Shown in pieces: positions 56,199 to 64,000 of a DNA stretch of 64,000 nt; within the stretch, counting starts at the first letter, position 1, and each line of letters begins with the position of its first letter. A program made the position numbers and the translations under genes. This stretch comes from the human T2T-CHM13v2.0 reference genome, Homo sapiens. The notes below the pieces were generated by a model. It was not told the origin of the DNA and ran no database searches. It saw only the letters and a list, made by a program, of their open reading frames with translations. Location: NCBI RefSeq assembly GCF_009914755.1, contig NC_060927.1. One strand, 5' to 3'.

Positions 56199-56560
56199 CA
56201 GCAGTCCCCAGCCTTTTTTTTTTTTTTTTTTTTTTTTTGGGCACCAGGGACCAGTGCTCATGGGAGACAGTTTTTCCACAGATGTGGGGTGTGGTGTGGG
56301 GGAGATGGTTTCAGGAAGAAACAGTTCTACCTCAAATCAGGCATTAGAGTCTCATAAGAATCACGTGACCTAGATCCCTCTTACGCACGGTTCACAATAG
56401 TTTGCACTCCTATGAGAATCTAATGCCAAGACTGATCTTGCGGGAGGAGGAGCTCAGGTGGTAATGCTTGCTCACCTACCACTCACCTCCTGCTGTGTGG
56501 CCCGGTTCCTAACAGGCCATGAACCGGTACAGGTCTGTGGCCTGGGTGGGAGGATCCTTG
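56199..56560 (+). mobile_element. MER1B hAT-Charlie MITE with an expanded T25 run
   Basis: cagcagtccccagcc-T25-gggcaccagggacc...tatgagaatctaatgcc...tgctgtgtggcccggttcctaacaggcca; TSD ctgtgcac/ctgtccac. Confidence 0.88.
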
Positions 56561-56964
56561 CTGTCCACAACAACAAACCTTTGTATTTCCTCCTTGCAAT
56601 GATGTTTTTCAGCTCATCAAAGAAAAGCTACCAAAAGCTCTTCCCGTATGGCCCTTCCTATATTCTGTCCTATGTCACCATATTTACATGCAAAAAAAAT
56701 GGTCTAAATGACTTAGAAAATAGGAATATTAATCATCTTTTAATAATTCATCTAAAAATTATGTATTGAGGACCTATTATATAACAAGCACTATCATGCC
56801 AGGAGCCTCGGTATACAAGCCCATGAAGGTGCTAAGTGTCTGGGTTAATATTTGTTGGCGTAATGTGCAAAATCAAATTTAGGTTGCAAATAAAAGACTT
56901 GGCTGTAATCTAAAATATAAAAGTGAACTTTTAAAATGATTATGCCATCTGATATTGGCTTTCT

Positions 56965-57360
56965 TTATTGATCAAATATTTGGGTACCTTAATATAGGCT
57001 GAAAGCTGTGCTAAGCACTGGAGATGTAATGGTAAATAAAAAAGTCACCATCCTTAAGGCATTTCAGATGGGAATAGGAGCAGAAAAAACAAGCCACTAC
57101 TGTCCAGTGCTAGAATAGGAGGAAGAACAAGGCACAACAGAGCACAAACGAGGGTCATATTCACCACCTTAGAGGTGTGAGAGATGGCTTTTCAGAAGAA
57201 GCTGAGAGCTGAAAAGTGAGGGACAGCTGGACAGATGAGAGAACAGAACTAATTGAGTACAACTGGAGCTAATTAAGGAGGTGGGCCATAGCTGGAGAGT
57301 TCAGGCTAGAAATCTAGAGTAGCCAAGTCACCACGCATCTTAAATGCCACAATAAGAATG
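56965..57360 (-). mobile_element. L2 3' fragment
   Basis: caaatatttgggtacct...ctgtgctaagcactggagatgtaatggtaaataa. Confidence 0.6.
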
Positions 57361-58165
57361 ATTAGTGATGGAATCTTCCAAGGCTCCTACAGATATTACA
57401 ACTTAAAACTTCATTACTAATCTGGCAGAATAAAGTGAGAATCAGCAGATGTGAATTCTGCTTTTGATTTAGTTACTTGGTGTCAGAGCTCAAAGCCTGT
57501 CACTTAACATCTTGGGCTTCATTTTTCTCATTGGCCTAATGAAAATGCTGTTACTTGTTCTACCCATCATACATAAGTATTATGAAAATCAAAGGAACTA
57601 ATGTTAACTGGGAATACTCTTTAGTCTTAAGCCAAAAATCTTACCCACCACTCTTCCTCTTCTCGAACATTCCAGTATCCCCTGACCCCTCCCAGCTGTC
57701 ACTGCCTGTTCTTCCTTTGGTTTACTTTATTTCCCCAGGCAAGCTACAGAACAGAACATCAGCTCTAGACTTCCCCACTGTTTATGAAATGAACATATTA
57801 CAACCCTCACCCACCTTCCTTTTTAATGGAATGTATTTGCCAGTTATACAGTTATAGAAGTAGGCTGAGTTGACGAAAATATTACAAGAAATCTTAAAGC
57901 AATAGGAAGTTATCAATGCTCTACATCCTTCAAATGGAATGGATCCTGACTTAATTAAGCTCCCATACTTGATGTCCTTGGTAGATGCTGTGGGTCTTTA
58001 CAAGTCTCAGTGTAGTTTAAATGGAACACTCTAAAGGTATCACATAAAATAAGAATGACCCAGGGTAGGGATGCTAGGTGGACTTGAGAGCTAAGGAGCC
58101 ATCAAATGGCCAGGTGTAACTTGAGTTTTCTCCAGTTTCCTTAAGCAAAGAGGGAAAAATGGTTA

Positions 58166-58991
<826 letters not shown>

Positions 58992-60860
58992 TGAGGATAT
59001 CATTCAAATGTGAGATTTCAAGTGCTAAAGTATAGGTCAATACAAAGCGTCTGTGTAAATGGGTGCATTTTGAGCTTGTGGAAACCAGCAGACTATTTGG
59101 ATGTCATCTAACATACAGATTCTTACATTAGCCCACTACTTTTATGAATCTTTTGCCTTTTTTGTCTAAAATGCTGATGTATGAAGTTAGCAAGTGGGAA
59201 AAATAACCCTCTCTTCATTTCTCTAAATGCAAGTCCACCCACTACTTTTATCTTTCTCTTTTTTCTTCCCTCACTGTTATAAATATTCCCTCTTTCTGGC
59301 TTTCAAATGTATACAACATGTTACAAGTCCTATGATAAGAATGAGAGCAGGTCATCAAAATAATTCGAAAACTCACCATCTTTGCACTTATGTTCACCTC
59401 ACTCTCCTGTGTCTGTTCTTCTGTGTAACCTCTGTTTTCCCAGTCTCATGCACAGTGACTAAACGGTGGTGGAGAGTGTGCTTCATATACTCAACTCTAC
59501 TGTAAGAGCTATTCACTTATAATTGGGAATTTGCCTTCAACTTTAACCAGCCAGGACTCATTTCCTGAGTGTCTACTCACAATATTTCTGCATTTTGCTG
59601 TATTTATGTTCACCTATAATCCAAAGCAGGTATTCTTTCATTTCTGACATCTTCAAATAAACATCTTGCATTTTTTCCTATGGCATGTCTTTAATTCATT
59701 TCTTTACTTGGATTTATTTAGTTAGTTCATTTTCTTTCTGCTGTAGATTTTTCATTCTTTGTCAGAGTAGAAAATATTTAAAATCATCCGGTTTGCATAC
59801 AGCTTGGAGAGAGAACTTATTTTTTATAAAGGGTCACAATTATTTTTTGAATTTACCATCAAATCTGAATTCCTATTTGCCTTTTCATCTGCAATTTGAG
59901 AGGCTAATTCAAGAGGCAGACACATTGTGCTCCATTGGATGTTTCAATGTAGGAGGTTCAAATCATGATATAAACGCTTGCTTCTATTACCAGTTCTGAA
60001 TCATTTTTTGATATTGACTCAGCTATCTTTCCCATTCCAGTCAAGCATTTTCCAATCACTGGTATCACCTATAGATCAATCTCCACTCAAATCCTCAATT
60101 TGTTCTCCAATTCTCACTTCCTTCCCATGATCTCTTGTACTTTCTGGAAGATGTTTTGTACAGAAGTTTGCTGATACTTGTTTTAATAGTTTAGAGGTGG
60201 GATTGTAGAGAACTTTCATTTAAGTTCATATTTTTATATTACTTGGATTTATTACAAGTATATATTAACAAAAAGTGAAATTTTTAAACACACCTTTTCC
60301 TCCAAAAAATCATTGCATAACATTCATACTGCAAGAAGGGTCTCTATGCATATTCTGTGGGGATATATACATATTTTTTGTCTTATTTCAATTTAAGGAG
60401 CATGAGGCTATAAGGAGACAACAATCTTGCTCTAATATTTTCTCAAATATTCTGAAGTTTATAAGCTATGTAATGAAGTTTGCTGATACATGAGGTGCTT
60501 GTGATTGAATTTCTGTTCTGGTGAACAGTCTGCCCTGTTCTCTTCTGCCATATAGTGACATGTTTGAGCTTGTTGTCTTGCCATTTTGACATCTCCTTTC
60601 CTCGAGTTTATTTTGATCTCCAGTTTCTCAAAAACTGTGTGCTATCAGCCCTTTCACAAACTGGCTTGATGGTCTGCCTGGTTCAAGCCGTTTCCAGAAA
60701 GTTTCTGGGTGCTGTGTGCTAGGTTTCCCACGAAATGTGATTTCCTCTCGCTTCAGTTAATTGATATAATGCTTTTAACTTCACAGCTATCTGTGAAAAT
60801 GTGTTCTTTGAGAAAACATCAGCATTTCAATTCATGAGACTATGAAAGAAAAGTTACATG

Positions 60861-60920
60861 ATATATATAGACAGACAGATACATAGGTAGATATAGAGAT
60901 ATATATATAGAGAGAGAGAT
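60861..60920 (+). repeat. Mixed (TA)/(GACA)/(GA) simple repeat
   Basis: Directly visible. Confidence 0.75.
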
Positions 60921-62241
60921 CTGTGTTTGTCTTCCACCTTTGGCCCTTTGGTTGATATGCTCTTAAAAATTCTTAAGTTGCTTTACAAAGCTGAGGTCAG
61001 TTGCTTCTTTCCTTAATACATTTGACGTTTTTGTGGTGGTTCAAAATCCTCACTTTCCCACTGTGTATATTGCTTTACGTAATAAGTTATCAAAGAGATC
61101 CTACAGCCCTGTGTCCAGCTCAAGGCAGAAGGGCAGGAAAGGGCATGTTTGTGCAGTGGGCAATACTCCCCAGGTCCCTCCCATGAGCCCCCAGTCCTCT
61201 CTTGGCCGCACCCTCCTCTGGCTCGCCTTTCTTCTCGCTTGTCATCCTAGCTACTCTCTCTCCCAGTCACCCACAGTAGTCTCACAGCAAAATGCGCAAA
61301 GGAAATAGCAGCCTTCCACGCAAAATGAGAGGGGGAGGGGGAAGGAAGTCCCTCCCCCTCCTGCTACAAGGGTGGGGCTGGAAACACACCAGCCTTCTTG
61401 ATAGTGGTTTACGCATTACCAGCTATGAACTGCTAAGAGCTCACAGGCACTGGATCAGTTTATCATCTGTAAAAAACCACTGACTTCTGAAATATTCTGA
61501 ACACTTAGTGTTGAGATCAAGACTCCCCTTCCCCTTCCAGAAACCCTCTTGGAAGATTCTAGAAAGCTTTAAGTTTCAGGGCTGCAGACCCGTTAGGGAT
61601 TTTCAGAGAACTGCTAGCATACTTTAGTACAAGATCTGAGATATTTTCTCCCAGAGTGTAAATCTTCCTTAAATACCCCTAACTAAGGGTTAGAATGAGC
61701 TGCTTAGAAAATGAGGAGACTGAACTAAGATATTTTTAGAAATGCAACTTAATAATTTTAAACCATAACGCTGCCTACAAGAGAGGAAAGTTGGACTCAG
61801 TTTCTTAGAGAATGTGTAAGTGCCTCTATAAATAGTTAAGAAACATTTGATAGTGCAGAGATCACTTGGCAATACCTCTGCATGCCCTACAAGCATTTAA
61901 AAATAGTACAATCGGTCTTCTCTCTTAGGACAGATGGAGATTTTTCGATTTTCCCTAGGCAACAATCCACACACCTTCTCTATTAAAGATAATCTAAAAC
62001 AGTGTTTTTCAAACTCTGACTAGAATTCACAGTAAGAAATTATTTTTAAATAGTGACACAGTATCCGCCCTACCACACATGAAACTGAAAGAAAAATTTC
62101 ATGGAATAGTACACATTTTTACCACATGGAGTGCATACTGATTTTTTCTATTTCAGTCTATTCTGTTCTGTTAATTTAAAGGAAAAAAATAAAAAGCTGG
62201 CATGACTTACAATTGACTGTGTAACTCAAGAACAATTGGTA

Positions 62242-62421
62242 CAGTGATTGTTAACCCTGGATAACATTAGAATCATATGGTTTTTTTTCCCCCCAAAATA
62301 ACATTGCAGGGTTCCTACTCAAGGCCAAAAAACCAGAATTTTCAGTGTGAAGTAAGGGCAGTGTTATTGTTTAAAATGTTTCCCAGTGATGCTAAGGTGC
62401 AGCCAGGATTGGAAACCACTG
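62242..62421. mobile_element. MER5A-like hAT MITE
   Basis: cagtgattgttaaccctgg...cattagaatca...cccagtgatgctaaggtgcagccaggattggaaaccactg. Confidence 0.7.
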
Positions 62422-62784
62422 TTCTGATGGGTCTTGATCTCACATTGAAAAATCCTGATCTAGAAGTTTAAGTCAACATTACATTCATGTTGGGACTACA
62501 GAAGTCTGAAGTGTTGAGTTTTTCTGATAACATAAACCAGGGTGATTATCTGACTTACTTTTTTGCTACTAGTACCCATTATAAGAGTTTTATTTGTGTG
62601 AATACAAGTGAAGAATGGCTTTATTCCGTGCAACCCAAAGAGAATGTGGGTTACATGTGGTCCATGCTGAAGTCTTAATCAGTGGAAGGAAAAAAAGAAG
62701 CTCCAAACTATAAAACCTAAGTCTATGGGTTATGTACAAACAAAACCAAGAACCCTAACCTATTCAACCTTTTGCTTTGCTATG

Positions 62785-63131
62785 TATATTAGTCTGTTTT
62801 CATGCTGCTCATAGATATACCAGAGACTGGGCAATTTACAAAAGAAGTTTAATGGACTCACAGTTCCACGTGGCTGGGAAGCCCTCATAATCATGGTGGA
62901 AGGTGAAAGGCACATTGCTCATGGCAACAGACAAGAGAACTTGTGCAGGGAAACTCCCCTTTCTAAAACCATCAGATCTTGTAAGACCTACTCCCTATTA
63001 TAAGAATAGCATGGGAAAGACCTGCCCCCATGATTCAACTACTTCCCACTGGGTCCTCCCACAACACAAAGGAATTGTGGGAGCTACAATTCAAAATGAG
63101 ATTTGGGTGGGGATAGAGGCAAACTGTATCA
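62785..63131 (-). mobile_element. THE1B-like solo LTR (same orientation as GADL1)
   Basis: tattagtctgttttcatgctgct...gggcaatttacaaaagaa...aaactgtatca; perfect TSD CTATG. Confidence 0.9.
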
Positions 63132-64000
63132 CTATGTTACTGTGATATGGAAGAAGAAAAACTTGTGTTCAGAAGCTAGTATCAACAGATAGGGGAACTT
63201 TGCTCACTTGGCTCTGATAGGAAGAACTGTGATCCTTCCTCTTCTCATATTATTGCTAACTCTGAGTTTCTGGGATCCATTTGAGGCCCTACTTTGTTGA
63301 GAAAGGGATTTTAGGTAGCCTACAATATGGTAGGATTGGGAGGAGGACAGGAGGAAGGAGAGAAGAGAGATAGAAGTGAGGGAGGTAGGGTAGATCGGGG
63401 AAGAAGAGAAGGAAGGGGAAATAAAAAGGGGAGAATGTGGAACAGAAGAAATGAGGTTCAAAGCCAAGAGAAAATGCAGTGAGGAAGCCTGGAGTGACTG
63501 CACACACACTCCATGAGAAGGCACATGAGAAGGGAAACAGAAGAGATTACAGAATTTGACAAATTTTTGGCATATCTGGGAACTGATGCATAGTATAGCA
63601 AAGGCATTCAGTAGTCATTTGCTCCTTCTGAACTTCAGGTATTTGCTATGTAACTGTCAACTACATCACCTTGCTTCATCATATAACATTTTCATTCATC
63701 TGCAAATTGAGGATAATAATATTGCACTGCAGCCCACCTCCTGGAGATATTTGGATTATTTGTGGCATGATTAAGTAAATGCCTGGAAAAAATATATTTA
63801 TTAACACAGGACATATTTCTTCAGTCTAGATGGATTAATTGCATCTCTCCAAAATAGGCAGACATATAGAAATGTTCTCTTTCAAACTGGACAAAACAGA
63901 CACAGAGTGAGTGTTCTGCTTTGGAATGAGGCTGGAAGAGCAAATCTTCACCAAGAGCACAATACTTAACAAAATCAATCTATGTCCCCAGCTTATTGTG

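Overview
Primate (most likely human) genomic DNA lying entirely inside GADL1 (acidic amino acid decarboxylase GADL1, a PLP-dependent group II decarboxylase), which is transcribed on the minus strand. Three consecutive internal coding exons are present: 51367-51566 (200 nt), 36840-36891 (52 nt) and 28667-28756 (90 nt). All have AG/GT boundaries and splice in frame to DLLKKCYSAKASYLFQQDKFYDVSYDTGDKSIQCSRRPDAFKFWMTWKALGTLGLEERVNRALALSRYLVDEIKKREGFKLLMEPEYANICFWYIPPSLREMEEGPEFWAKLNL. From memory these are exons 12-14 of 15; the PLP-lysine exon and the last exon fall outside the window. The rest is repeat-rich intron: 8 Alus, a complete THE1A element, solo THE1B/THE1C/MER51/MER31 LTRs, a near-full-length Tigger1, several hAT/Tigger MITEs, and L1/L2/MIR relics. 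Repeat family names come from recalled consensus sequences, not from a search. The best candidate for an undescribed system is at the 3' edge of the 200-nt exon. A weak donor contains an in-frame stop, is followed directly by (CU)11/(GU)20 tracts, and has a sense-oriented LTR poly(A) signal downstream, which together could act as a switch for a C-terminally truncated enzyme. No prokaryotic features are present, and almost all ORF-track entries are noise or repeat-derived.
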